Source: an uncultured delta proteobacterium
GTDB taxonomy: Bacteria; Myxococcota_A; Polyangia; Polyangiales; B10-G4
DNA length: 64,000 bases
Assembly: GCA_963727445.1 (NCBI GenBank)
Contig: CAVSGI010000014.1
Coordinates: 96,001-160,000, forward strand
Direction: 5' to 3'
This document shows, piece by piece, positions 1 through 9,395 of this stretch (the stretch's first letter is position 1; each line of letters starts with the position of its first letter). The translations under genes were made by a program, and so were the position numbers. The notes below the pieces were generated by a model. The model saw nothing but the letters and a program-made list of their open reading frames with translations. It was not told where the DNA came from and searched no databases.

Positions 1-1170
1 GCCGCGCCGTTGCGCCGCGCGTCATCGACGTCGATCAGGAAGACCGCACGGAGATCGTCCACCCAGCTCCGGTCGATCGGCGCCTCGGTGTCGGCAGAGA
101 GCGGTGCCACGAGCTGGCGAAAGACGCCCCGGCGAAATGCGCGCTGGTGAAACTCGAGCGACACGTCGAGGGGAAAGATCTCGTAGATGTTGTCGGAGCA
201 GAGGATCACCCCGGGAGCGGTGGCCACGAGCTCCACCCGCGAAGGCACCATGGCCACCACCAGATCGCGCTGGCGGTAACGCACCTCGGCCTTTTCGAGG
301 GTCGCCTGGACGTCTTCGAGGGCGTCGCCCATGTGCTGGCCGACGTCGATGCGGAGGAGGTCGTCGAGCCCCTCGAGGCCGGTGACCTCCGGTCCGGGCT
401 CCTGGTACAGGGGTGACGGCGAATAGATGGTGAGCCTGAGCCCGGCCCGCTCCACGACCTGGCGGTAGAGTGTGGGGGCTGCCACCACCGGCACGAAGGG
501 AACGTTCTTCTGGAGATAGCTGCCCGGCGCGACCCGCTCGCCGCCCACCAGCAGATCCAGCGGCGCCGTGGTGTCGATGCGAACGCGGTGGGGGACGTCG
601 AAGCGAAAGGCGTCGCCGTCGACGACCAGCGGATACCAGGGTGCGGTCATGGTGAGGCGATCGCCCACCGTTCCCATCCGCCCGAAGCGGTCCGGCAAGC
701 GGTTCACGAAGCGCATTCGAACCTGGACCGGACGCCTCGGACCCGCCCTCACCGGCACGATCGAGATCGGCCCCCATGAAGTCGCGGCCGCGTGCGCTGC
801 CCGGTGGGCTTCGCTCGATTCGCGTCTCGGTCGCCTGCCCATCGACGCGGACGTCGGACACTTCGATCCCTCCCTCGCTGACCTCGCCGGGATAGATCCA
901 CCGCCCGTTCATCTCGCTCATCGTGGTCGGGGGTACGGCATTGCGATCCGGATACAGCCAGAAGTGGATCTCCTCCTCGCCCTCCCCGACCCATACCTCG
1001 GTGTGCATCGCACCCACGACCACCCCGTCTTCCACGTGGATACGCGCGTTCACCGCGTAGGAAATCGGCTCGTTCGCGTACGAAACACCCACCTTCCCAA
1101 ACGTCACGACAATCGCGATCAGGAGTGTACGGATGACGCAGTGCGTTCGTTGCTGGGCTTTGGACCCCAT
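1..1170 (-). CDS. Exported protein with a possible M1-aminopeptidase-like N-terminal region; frameshift near 760; runs off the window start
   Basis: Signal-peptide-like N-terminus, then IHFWLYPDR. After the frameshift the frame continues MRFVNRLPDRFGRMG...APWYPLVV. No HExxH motif in the visible part. Confidence 0.45.
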
Positions 1171-1205
1171 GCTACCTTTTCGATAGCTCCGGACCGTTCC
1201 CCAAC

Positions 1206-1421
1206 ATGCCGTTCAACATCGACCCGAGCGCGGTGCTGGCGGTGGTGATCATCGGGGGCGGCGCGGTATTGATCGTTCGAATGGTCGCCGATTTCGCGCG
1301 ACGGCGCGTCCAAAAAAGGACGCGCGAGATTTTGACATCCACCCGAACGAAGAGCCGACCGGCCAGAGCACAGAGCGGCGCGAAGAGCGACGCGAAGACG
1401 ACGGCCGAGAGTGTGGAATGA
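1206..1421 (+). CDS. Small single-TM hypothetical protein
   Basis: 71-aa ORF with a hydrophobic segment (AVLAVVIIGGGAVLIV) followed by a basic tail. Confidence 0.35.
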   Translation: MPFNIDPSAVLAVVIIGGGAVLIVRMVADFARRRVQKRTREILTSTRTKSRPARAQSGAKSDAKTTAESVE

Positions 1422-1482
1422 GCCCACCTCCCCAATGGTCGTATGAGACACAGAGCGAGAAGGGAACCGGGACAACGAGAAC

Positions 1483-2283
1483 ATGGGACGTCTACTGGGA
1501 TACATGGCGAATCGGACCGACCGCCTGCGCGACGCGCTTCATCAGGAGCGTGACGTCATCCGGCTGCCTCCGTCCGACGCCCCCGCTGGCTGGGGTCTCG
1601 GGTTCTATCAAGGCGGTGAGGTGCTCCACAAAAAGCGCCCGCTCCTCGAGGGCAGCCTCGACTGGGCGACCGCCGCCGGCGACGTGCGCTCCGACTGCGT
1701 GGTCATTCACCAGCGGCACGCGACGGTAGGTGACTTCCGGGTCGAGAACACCCACCCCTTCCGGATGCGCTCCTGGCTCTTCGCGCATGCCGGCACCATC
1801 GACCGCTTCGACGCCATCCGGCCGCGTCTGCTCGAGACCATGCCGGACTTCATCCGGCGCAACGTCCGGGGTCAGACCGACAGCGAGCACTTCTTCCACG
1901 TGGTGCTCTCCTTCCTCCACGACGCGGGGCAGCTCGGGCGCTCCGACGCCAACGACAAGGCCGTCCTGAGCGCGCTGCGCTCCACGGTCCGCCTCGTCGA
2001 CCGCCTCTCCAAAGAGGTGGGCGCCCAGCCCGCGACGCTCAACAGCATCCTGACCAACGGCCGCTCGATGTTCGCGATCCGCCGGGGCCACCCGCTCAAG
2101 TACGTCGAGCGCTCGGGCATCCACGATCCCGCAGAAGACGACGAGCAGCGCAGCAAGGGGAACGTGCGCTACGTGCTCCTGGTGAGCGACGGGCCGGAAG
2201 TCCCCTCACCCTACGTCGAGGTCCCCGAGGATTCGGTCGCCCTCGTCGATCGAGACCTGTCGGTCACCGTCTACGCGCTCTGA
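1483..2283 (+). CDS. Class II glutamine amidotransferase (YafJ/EgtC-like Ntn fold); Cys2 replaced by Gly
   Basis: MGRLLG (family consensus MCRLLG), GWGLGFY, HQRHATVG, NTHPF, FAHAG, GQTDSE. Confidence 0.85.
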   Translation: MGRLLGYMANRTDRLRDALHQERDVIRLPPSDAPAGWGLGFYQGGEVLHKKRPLLEGSLDWATAAGDVRSDCVVIHQRHATVGDFRVENTHPFRMRSWLFAHAGTIDRFDAIRPRLLETMPDFIRRNVRGQTDSEHFFHVVLSFLHDAGQLGRSDANDKAVLSALRSTVRLVDRLSKEVGAQPATLNSILTNGRSMFAIRRGHPLKYVERSGIHDPAEDDEQRSKGNVRYVLLVSDGPEVPSPYVEVPEDSVALVDRDLSVTVYAL

Positions 2284-2287
2284 TTCC

Positions 2288-2914
2288 GTGCACCGCCCCC
2301 GGAGCTCGACGGCGGCCTGGGTCGCCTCTGTCGCCCTCTCTGTCGTGGGCGCGCTCGCATGTGGTGGGGCGGACGTCAGCGCGTCCGACGAGACGGCGGC
2401 GGGACCCGCGACTCAGAGCGACCCGCCACCCTATACCCCTCCGCCCGGGAGCGAGGCGCGCACCGGTGAGGTCTCCGCTCTGGCCACGGCGGGCGGATAC
2501 GACCAGGCGCGCGCCGTCGCCATCGAGCTCGTCACCGCGGTGCGCGACAGCGACGAGGAGACCCTCACTCGCCTGGTGACCGATCCGGTGGGGCGCGTCC
2601 TGCCGCGGCTCACCGCGCCGAACCGCGCGCGCGACACCGTGCTGCGTCAGATCCTGCACTCCCCCCGGCGAGCGGGCCTCGGACCGGACGTGGAGCTCGA
2701 CGCCTTGATCGATCCGACGCAGATGACGGTGACGCCGCTTTCCCGCCTGCCCAATGCGCCGGCGATCCCGGCCGGCCTGCTCGGCAGCGACCTGATGGTC
2801 CGCTTCCCGCTGGCCGCGACCGGGCGGCAGCAACTGCGCTTCGTGCTGAGCTGGGCGGTGGAGGGCGCGATCATCGTGCGACCGGGCAGCGAGCCGCGCG
2901 TCGTGGCCCTCTGA
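2288..2914 (+). CDS. Putative lipoprotein
   Basis: Lipobox-like GALACGG after a hydrophobic stretch; co-oriented between the amidotransferase and cutA. Confidence 0.6.
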   Translation: MHRPRSSTAAWVASVALSVVGALACGGADVSASDETAAGPATQSDPPPYTPPPGSEARTGEVSALATAGGYDQARAVAIELVTAVRDSDEETLTRLVTDPVGRVLPRLTAPNRARDTVLRQILHSPRRAGLGPDVELDALIDPTQMTVTPLSRLPNAPAIPAGLLGSDLMVRFPLAATGRQQLRFVLSWAVEGAIIVRPGSEPRVVAL

Positions 2915-2926
2915 TATCTTCGGCGC

Positions 2927-3256
2927 ATGATCGCCAGCGAAGACACATTCGTCGTGCTCTGTACGGCCCCGGACACCGAGGTCGCCGCGCGCCTGGCCAA
3001 AGGCCTGGTCGAGGCGAAGCTCGCCGCCTGCGTGAACGTCATCGGCGGCCTCCGCTCCTTCTACGTCTGGAAGGGCGAGCTGTCGGAGGACGGCGAAGTG
3101 CAGCTCCTGATCAAGACGCGCGCGAGCCTGCTCGAATCTCTGGAGGCGCACCTGAACGAGCACCACCCGTACGAGGTGCCCGAGATCCTCGCCCTCCCCG
3201 TCGCCCACGGCGGCGAGCCCTACCTCGCCTGGCTCCGCGACCAGACGTCGTCCTGA
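2927..3256 (+). CDS. cutA: Divalent-cation tolerance protein CutA
   Basis: LVEAKLAACVN, SFYVWKG, HPYEVPEILALPV. Confidence 0.95.
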   Translation: MIASEDTFVVLCTAPDTEVAARLAKGLVEAKLAACVNVIGGLRSFYVWKGELSEDGEVQLLIKTRASLLESLEAHLNEHHPYEVPEILALPVAHGGEPYLAWLRDQTSS

Positions 3257-3260
3257 CACG

Positions 3261-3606
3261 GGCGGCGGGCCTCAGTTGCGTCAGCCGCCGAGCGCCCCCG
3301 CAGGGACCGACTGAGAGGTACTGAGGTACCTCGCAGGGAGGGACCGAGGAGGTAAGCCGGCGGATGGCGTGACGTGCCCACCACACGGGCGGCGGGCCTC
3401 AGTTGCGTCAGCCGCCGAGCGCCCCCGCAGGGAGGCACCGAGGAGGTAAGCCGGCGGATGGCGTGAGGTGCCCACCACACGGCGGCGGGCCTCAGTTGCG
3501 TCAGCCGCCGAGCGCCCCCGCAGGGACCGACTGAGAGGTACTGAGGTACCTCGCAGGGAGGGACCGAGGAGGTAAGCCGGCGGATGGCGTGACTGAGGCC
3601 CGCCGC
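3261..3606. repeat. Three tandem copies of a ~125-bp palindromic REP/MITE-like element
   Basis: Copies start at 3261, 3388 and 3481. Copy 2 lacks 33 nt between two CGCAGGGA words. Copy 3 has 15-bp terminal inverted repeats (3482-3496 and 3592-3606). Confidence 0.9.
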
Positions 3607-4529
3607 TACGCTTTGCCGACGACGCGGACGTTACTCCGCACCTCGAACACGCCGCGCTGCTTCGCCGCGGCCAGCAGCCGCAGCGCTTCGCGGTAGCCGC
3701 GGGTGAGCAGCTTGCGGGCGTGGCGCCGGCTGGTGAAGGGGAACGCCCCGAGGTCGGCGGCGACGTTGAGCACCGTGACGTGGGGATGCAGGCGCTGGAT
3801 CAGGTCGATGCCGCGCTTCTCCTTTTCGCTCAAGATGATGTTGAGCGCCTGTCGGGCGACGGCGGGACCGCCCGCGTGTACGAGCGAGCGATCCTTGTGA
3901 CGCGTGACGTGGGGGCGATAGACGTTGGAGACGACGACCACGTCGGCGCCGGCCGACAGCGCGAGGTCGATGCTCAGCGTGCGCACCACCTCCCCGTCGA
4001 CGTAATAGCGATTGCCGATGCGGTAAGGACGGAAGAGGACCGGAACGCACGAAGAGGCCGCGATGGCTTGACTGATCGGGACCTCTTCTTCGTAGCCGCG
4101 TCCGAAGACGGCGCGCCCCTGTCCGTCCACGTCGCAGGCGGTCACGAGGAGCGTCCGGTCCAGGCGGCGGAAGTCGTTGATGGGCAGACGCTCCGCGAGG
4201 AACCGCTCGAAGCGATCGATCGACAGAAAGCCGCTCGTGAGGTACCCGGGGCTCGAGAGCTGCTCGAGGCTCGGCGCGCCCAGAAAGAAGCGGCCCTTGA
4301 GCGCGCGTGCGTCGCGACGGAGCCAGAACGGGCGCAGCCAATCCACCATCTGGTCGGGCGTGAAGCCCTGCGAAAAGAAGGCGCCGGCGATGGCGCCCGC
4401 GGAGGCCCCGACGTAGACGTCGGGCGCGAGGCCCAGCTCCTCCATCGCCTTCATGACGCCGAGGTGTGCAATCCCTTTCGTGGCCCCTCCGGACCCGACG
4501 AATGCGATGCGCGGCTTGTCAGTCCCCAT
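3606..4529 (-). CDS. Patatin-like phospholipase
   Basis: GSGGATKG glycine loop, GASAG nucleophile motif, YVDGE. Confidence 0.9.
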   Translation of the reverse strand: MGTDKPRIAFVGSGGATKGIAHLGVMKAMEELGLAPDVYVGASAGAIAGAFFSQGFTPDQMVDWLRPFWLRRDARALKGRFFLGAPSLEQLSSPGYLTSGFLSIDRFERFLAERLPINDFRRLDRTLLVTACDVDGQGRAVFGRGYEEEVPISQAIAASSCVPVLFRPYRIGNRYYVDGEVVRTLSIDLALSAGADVVVVSNVYRPHVTRHKDRSLVHAGGPAVARQALNIILSEKEKRGIDLIQRLHPHVTVLNVAADLGAFPFTSRRHARKLLTRGYREALRLLAAAKQRGVFEVRSNVRVVGKA

Positions 4530-4597
4530 GCGGTGAGCACATCGTAGCAGGGCCGCGGCCTCGCCGCCGAAAATCGAACCAGGAATGTCTCCGGGCG

Positions 4598-5482
4598 CTA
4601 CTCCTCGGAGCGTCCACCGCGGATGACACGCAGGTTCAGCTCGCCCAGATGGCGTCGCGCCGGCGGTGTGAGCGCCGAGCGCGGCCAACGCCGGGTGAGG
4701 GTACGGAGTGCGTTGCGGGCCTCGTCGATGCGCTCGAGCTCCTCCGCGCACTGACTCAGAAGCCACATCGCGTCGGGCTGGAGCTCGCGGTCGATGTTCT
4801 GCTCCACCACCGCCTGCGCGAGCACGATGGCCTCGCTCTGACGCCCGAGGCGCCTCAGCGCGCGCGCCAGCTGATACTTCACGCTCGGGATGTGGGCGCC
4901 CGAATCCTCGAGGTCGATCGCTTCCTGGAACTTCTCGGCGGCCTCGGCGTACCGCCCGGTGCGCATCAGATCGAGGCCCTGCTGGTACGCCTGCACGCTG
5001 AGGTCGAGCCGGAACTCTTCGACCGTGTCCCGGAAGAACGCGGCCTCGGCGCGGGTCACGGGCGCCTGCCGGATGGTGTCGTATCCATCGACCACCTCGC
5101 GCCGCTTCTGCTGACGGATGAGATCGTAGTAAGCCGCGGCCTCGGACTCCGCCCTCCCCTGCGCCTCGACCCGATCGGTCTGCTCCTCGAGCTCCTCGGT
5201 GAGCTGGCGGGCGCGCTCGCGAAGGTCCGCCTGCTCCGCCTCGATCTCGCGGATCCGCGCGTCCGAAGCGAGCTTGAGACCGACGAAGGAGATGGTCGCG
5301 AACAGGACATAGGCCACCGCGCTGTTCCAGTTGAAGCGGCGCTCGTAGCCGGCCTGGCGCTTGGCGATGTGCTTGATGTCCGCCGAGAGGGAGTTGACCA
5401 GGTTGTTGGTCTTGATGGTCAGGCCGCGAGATTCGATGATCTCCTTCTTGATCTCGCGGATTTCCTCGTCGGCCTCGCGCAT
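4598..5482 (-). CDS. Membrane-anchored coiled-coil/TPR protein (YbgF/CpoB-like C-terminus)
   Basis: Coiled coil, one TM, then TPR-like helices (AYQQGLDLMRTGRYAEAAEKF; LTRRWPRS). Confidence 0.7.
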   Translation of the reverse strand: MREADEEIREIKKEIIESRGLTIKTNNLVNSLSADIKHIAKRQAGYERRFNWNSAVAYVLFATISFVGLKLASDARIREIEAEQADLRERARQLTEELEEQTDRVEAQGRAESEAAAYYDLIRQQKRREVVDGYDTIRQAPVTRAEAAFFRDTVEEFRLDLSVQAYQQGLDLMRTGRYAEAAEKFQEAIDLEDSGAHIPSVKYQLARALRRLGRQSEAIVLAQAVVEQNIDRELQPDAMWLLSQCAEELERIDEARNALRTLTRRWPRSALTPPARRHLGELNLRVIRGGRSEE

Positions 5483-5553
5483 GGAAGCAGGCGGATTAGC
5501 CGACAACCTCGGGCTTTTCAAGGCGACGTGGGCTATATACAGTCCCCGCCAAA

Positions 5554-6114
5554 ATGTACGAGACCTCCGACATCCGCAAAGGCCTGAAGATCCTCATCGA
5601 TGGCCAGCCCTACAACATCGTCGAGTTCCAATTCGTCAAGCCCGGCAAGGGCCAGGCGTTCACGCGAACGAAGCTGAAGAACCTGATCAACGGGTCGGTC
5701 ATCGAGCGCACCTTCAAGAGCGGTGAGAAGCTCGACAAGGCGGACGTCGAGTTCAAGGAGATGCAGTACCTCTATCCCGAAGGCGACATGTTCGTCTTCA
5801 TGGACACCAAGAACTACGACCAGACGTCGCTCACCTCGGAGCTCGTGGGCGACGACAAGTACTACCTCCTCGACGGAACCGTGGTGGAGGTGCAGTTCTT
5901 CGACGGCCGCGCCATCGGCGTGTCCCTGCCCACCTTCGTCGAGCTCGTCGTGGCCGAGACCGAGCCGGGCCACAAGGGCGACACCACCAGCAACGTCCAG
6001 AAGCCGGCGACGATGGAGACCGGCCTTCAGACGTCGGTGCCCCTCTTCGTCGAAGCCGGCGAGAAGCTCAAGATCGACACGCGGACCGGCGCCTACGTCG
6101 AACGCGTCAAGTAG
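5554..6114 (+). CDS. efp: Translation elongation factor P
   Basis: VKPGKGQAF, PGHKGDT, KPATMETG, VPLFV, DTRTGAYVERV. Confidence 0.98.
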   Translation: MYETSDIRKGLKILIDGQPYNIVEFQFVKPGKGQAFTRTKLKNLINGSVIERTFKSGEKLDKADVEFKEMQYLYPEGDMFVFMDTKNYDQTSLTSELVGDDKYYLLDGTVVEVQFFDGRAIGVSLPTFVELVVAETEPGHKGDTTSNVQKPATMETGLQTSVPLFVEAGEKLKIDTRTGAYVERVK

Positions 6115-6121
6115 GACGGCC

Positions 6122-7336
6122 TTGGAGCGCGCGCGCCCCGCCGCGATCGTGCGCCGCCTTCCGCCGGGATCGCGCGTCACCCTCGCGGGCCGACTCGTGC
6201 GTCGTGATGGCGCGCGCGCCGTCCTCGCGGACGAGACCGGCAAGGTGACGCTCGCCTCCGCGCCGGAGGGCTGGCCCGAGCTCGGCACCCTCCTCGAGGT
6301 GGAAGGCCTCTGGGACGGCGAGCTGCTCTCTGTCGAAACGCTGGCCGCGGGCGAGTCTCCGCGCGCGAGCTTCCCGCGCCCCGACGGCGACTACGCCTGG
6401 CTCACGGCCGACGGTGGTCGGCGCGCCAACAACCTGCGCACGCGCGCCGCCGTCCTGGGCGCCATCCGCGCCTTCTTCGACGCACGCGGTTTCGTGGAGG
6501 TGCAGACGCCGCTCCTCGTGCGCAGCCCCGGCACCGAGCCGCACCTCGAAGCCTTCCGCGTCGAGACCGGGGGCGACCCACGCTTTCTGATCACCAGCCC
6601 CGAGCTCCACATGAAGCGCCTGCTCGGAGGCGGGCTCTCACGCATCTACCAGCTCTGCCGCGTCTTTCGGCGCGACGAGGCGGGACACCTCCACGAGCCG
6701 GAGTTTTCGATGCTCGAGTGGTATCGCGCCTTCGCCGGCTCAGAGGAGGTGATGCGCGACACCGAGAGTCTGGTGGCCGCGGTCGCCGGGGAGATCTCCG
6801 GGACGGCGACCCTCGCAGTGAACGGACAGGCGGTGGACGTGGCGGAGCCCTGGGAACGGATCCGCGTCGACGACGCGCTCCGCCAGCACACCGGCCTCGT
6901 CTCGAGCGAGGTTCTGCCCGACGAGGAGCGCTTCTTCCGGGCCTGGGTGGACGGCGTCGAGCCGAAGCTCGGGCGAGAGCGGGCCACCTTCGTCACGCAC
7001 TGGCCCGCGTCGATGGCCTCGCTCGCGCGCCTCTTGCCGGAAGCGCCCGGCTTCGCGGATCGCTTCGAGGCGTACGTGGGCGGGGTCGAGCTCTGCAACG
7101 GCTTCGGCGAGCTGGTCGACGCGGCCGAGCAGCGGCGCCGGATGGAGGCCGAGGCGGAGACCCGCCGCGCGCAGGGGATGGCGGAGTATCCCATCGACGA
7201 ACGTTTCCTCGGCGCCCTCGAGGAAGGCCTGCCGCGCAGCGGGGGCAACGCCCTCGGCGTCGACCGGCTGGTCATGATGATCTGCGGCGAGACCAGCGTC
7301 GGCGAGGTGACCGCGTTTCCTCGGGAGCGACTCTGA
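6122..7336 (+). CDS. epmA: EF-P lysine aminoacylase EpmA/GenX with an N-terminal OB-fold-like extension (start uncertain)
   Basis: FVEVQTP, LITSPELHMKRLL, FRRDE..HEPEFSMLEWY, ELCNGFGEL, GGNALGVDRL; directly after efp. Confidence 0.9.
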   Translation: MERARPAAIVRRLPPGSRVTLAGRLVRRDGARAVLADETGKVTLASAPEGWPELGTLLEVEGLWDGELLSVETLAAGESPRASFPRPDGDYAWLTADGGRRANNLRTRAAVLGAIRAFFDARGFVEVQTPLLVRSPGTEPHLEAFRVETGGDPRFLITSPELHMKRLLGGGLSRIYQLCRVFRRDEAGHLHEPEFSMLEWYRAFAGSEEVMRDTESLVAAVAGEISGTATLAVNGQAVDVAEPWERIRVDDALRQHTGLVSSEVLPDEERFFRAWVDGVEPKLGRERATFVTHWPASMASLARLLPEAPGFADRFEAYVGGVELCNGFGELVDAAEQRRRMEAEAETRRAQGMAEYPIDERFLGALEEGLPRSGGNALGVDRLVMMICGETSVGEVTAFPRERL

Positions 7337-7387
7337 TGGACTTCGCCGAGCTCTGGGTCAGCAGCGGGGGCGCCTCGTGGTGAACCC

Positions 7388-8404
7388 TCAGGGCGCCGGC
7401 GGCGCGCCGAGCGCTTCGGGCGAAGCCTCGCGATAGGCGGCCGGCGGCTCGGGGATCCCCTCCCCCACGCGGTAGTTGTGCTCCCGCGCCTGGTCCTGAC
7501 GCTGGACGGCCAAGAACCGCTTGCGGTGCGCTTCCACCTCGAAGAGCGCCTGGCGGTAGCGCGGCTGTGGGTCGAGCTCCCGGGCCTCGAGCGCGGCCGC
7601 GCGGGCCGAGGCGAAGTGACGCGCCGGGTGGTCGAGAGTCGAGCAATCGTAGAGGCGCGCCATCGAAAGGTCGTAGAGCACCCGCGCGTGGTCCTCCGGG
7701 AGCAGGCGGTCCAGCGCGCCCCTGTCCTTCAGCGCTTCGAGCGCCCGGCGGCCCCCCGCCCAGTCGCCGTCGTCAATCGCGTCGAGCGCACGCTCCACCT
7801 CGGGGTCGTCGACCTCGAGGAGCTCCACGCTCACGACCTCCACGCGCTGGTCGAGCTTCTGCGAGAGCCTCTGCGAGAGGGTCTCGACCGCTCGATTCTC
7901 CATCACGTCGTAGTCGCGCCCCTCGTCCGACACCTCGGACCTCGCCTCCTGGAGGACGGTCGCGCTCGGCCCGTCGTAGACGGTCAACGTCGCCCGAGCG
8001 ACGAGCGTCGGCACGTCGTATTGATAGGAGCGCCGCGTGCGATAGCACCCGACCGAGCCACAGATGGTCTGCGGACGGCTGGTCCAGCGGCTCTCGACCC
8101 CGCGCACGAACGCGAGGCGCGGCAGCACCACCACCGTCGCCGGGGGGATCCGATGGGCGAAGCGCAGGGGCTCGAGGTCGCGAAGCTCGACGAGCTCGAC
8201 GTCGGCCTCGCCGTCGAGGTGCTGGGCGAGCGCCGTCGCGAGCGAGCGCTCCTGAGGCGTAGTCGAGAGCACCAGCCAGATGCGGGGAAATGCGCGCACC
8301 GGGATCTCGGCCGGGTGCACGACCTCGCCGCGGACCCGCATCACACCGGTGCACCCGGCGAGGCAGACCAACAGAGCCAGAGATGTGGCGAGAGCGCCCC
8401 GCAC
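7388..8404 (-). CDS. Putative lipoprotein with a helical/TPR-like C-terminus
   Basis: Lipobox LAGC, then a helical C-terminal half. Confidence 0.6.
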   Translation of the reverse strand: MRGALATSLALLVCLAGCTGVMRVRGEVVHPAEIPVRAFPRIWLVLSTTPQERSLATALAQHLDGEADVELVELRDLEPLRFAHRIPPATVVVLPRLAFVRGVESRWTSRPQTICGSVGCYRTRRSYQYDVPTLVARATLTVYDGPSATVLQEARSEVSDEGRDYDVMENRAVETLSQRLSQKLDQRVEVVSVELLEVDDPEVERALDAIDDGDWAGGRRALEALKDRGALDRLLPEDHARVLYDLSMARLYDCSTLDHPARHFASARAAALEARELDPQPRYRQALFEVEAHRKRFLAVQRQDQAREHNYRVGEGIPEPPAAYREASPEALGAPPAP

Positions 8405-8514
8405 CGAAGAGAGAATGCGACCGTCTCGGGGCGAGCGCTAGAGAAGCCAACCGCATACGCTCGCGGCGCCCCGGGCGGGCACATCCCCGACCTCCGCGCG
8501 GGGATCTCGGAGCG

Positions 8515-9294
8515 CTACACGCGAGACTTCGCGCGCTCCCAGAGCGCGTCCAGCGCCTCGTGGCTCATCTCGTCGAGAGCGAGCCCCTCGTCGCGCGCGA
8601 TGGACTCCGCCTCGGAGAAGCGCCGGGAAAAGCGGTCGAGCGTCCCGCGGAGGGCGGCCTCCGGATCGAGGCCGCGCTTGCGCGCCAGGCTGCTCAGCGC
8701 GAAGAGGACGTCGCCGAGCTCCTCCTCCGCACGCGGCAGGTCTTCGGCGTCGAGGGCCTCGTCGAGCTCGGCGAGCTCCTCGTCGACCTTGTGACGCGCG
8801 CCCGCCACGTCCGGCCAGTCGTAGCCGACGGCGGCGGCCTTCTCGCCGACCCGCACCGCGCGCAGGAGCGCGGGCAATGCGACCGGCACGCCGTCGAGGG
8901 CGCCCCGCCCGGCCTTCTCCTGCTTCTTGAGGCGCTCCCAGTTGCCGAGGGCCGAGGCCGCGTCGTCGGCTTTCTCGTCGCCGAAGACGTGAGGATGCCT
9001 GCGCACGAGCTTTTCGCAGATGCCGTCGACCACGTCGTTCGGACCGAACCAGCCGGCCGCACGGGCGAGCTCGGCTTGAAAGACGATCTGCAGGAGCAGG
9101 TCGCCCAGCTCTTCCCGCAGGAGCGAGGGCTCGCCGCAATCGATGGCGTCGACGACCTCGAACGCTTCTTCGATGACGTAGGGGCGGAGGGTCTCGAGAG
9201 TCTGCTCCCGGTCCCAGGGACAGCCGTCGGGGGCTAGCAGGGACTGCATCACCTCCACGAGTCGGGGCAGGTTCTGTCCGCGCTGCTCATCCAT
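8515..9294 (-). CDS. mazG: Nucleoside triphosphate pyrophosphohydrolase MazG
   Basis: GCPWDREQT, EELGDLLLQ, KLVRRHPHVFG, second EELGDVLF domain. Confidence 0.95.
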   Translation of the reverse strand: MDEQRGQNLPRLVEVMQSLLAPDGCPWDREQTLETLRPYVIEEAFEVVDAIDCGEPSLLREELGDLLLQIVFQAELARAAGWFGPNDVVDGICEKLVRRHPHVFGDEKADDAASALGNWERLKKQEKAGRGALDGVPVALPALLRAVRVGEKAAAVGYDWPDVAGARHKVDEELAELDEALDAEDLPRAEEELGDVLFALSSLARKRGLDPEAALRGTLDRFSRRFSEAESIARDEGLALDEMSHEALDALWERAKSRV

Positions 9295-9395
9295 GGCGCT
9301 CGGTTTAGTGCCTGGCCCGATCTTTGTCGAATGTGGGCGTCCTTCGCCCTGTGATATACATCGCGCCCTGCTGTTTCGGGAGGGAAGGGAAAAAC

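Noticed and set aside
3261..3606. Possible CRISPR array
   Set aside because: Units are about 125 bp with no unique spacers, and no cas genes are present.
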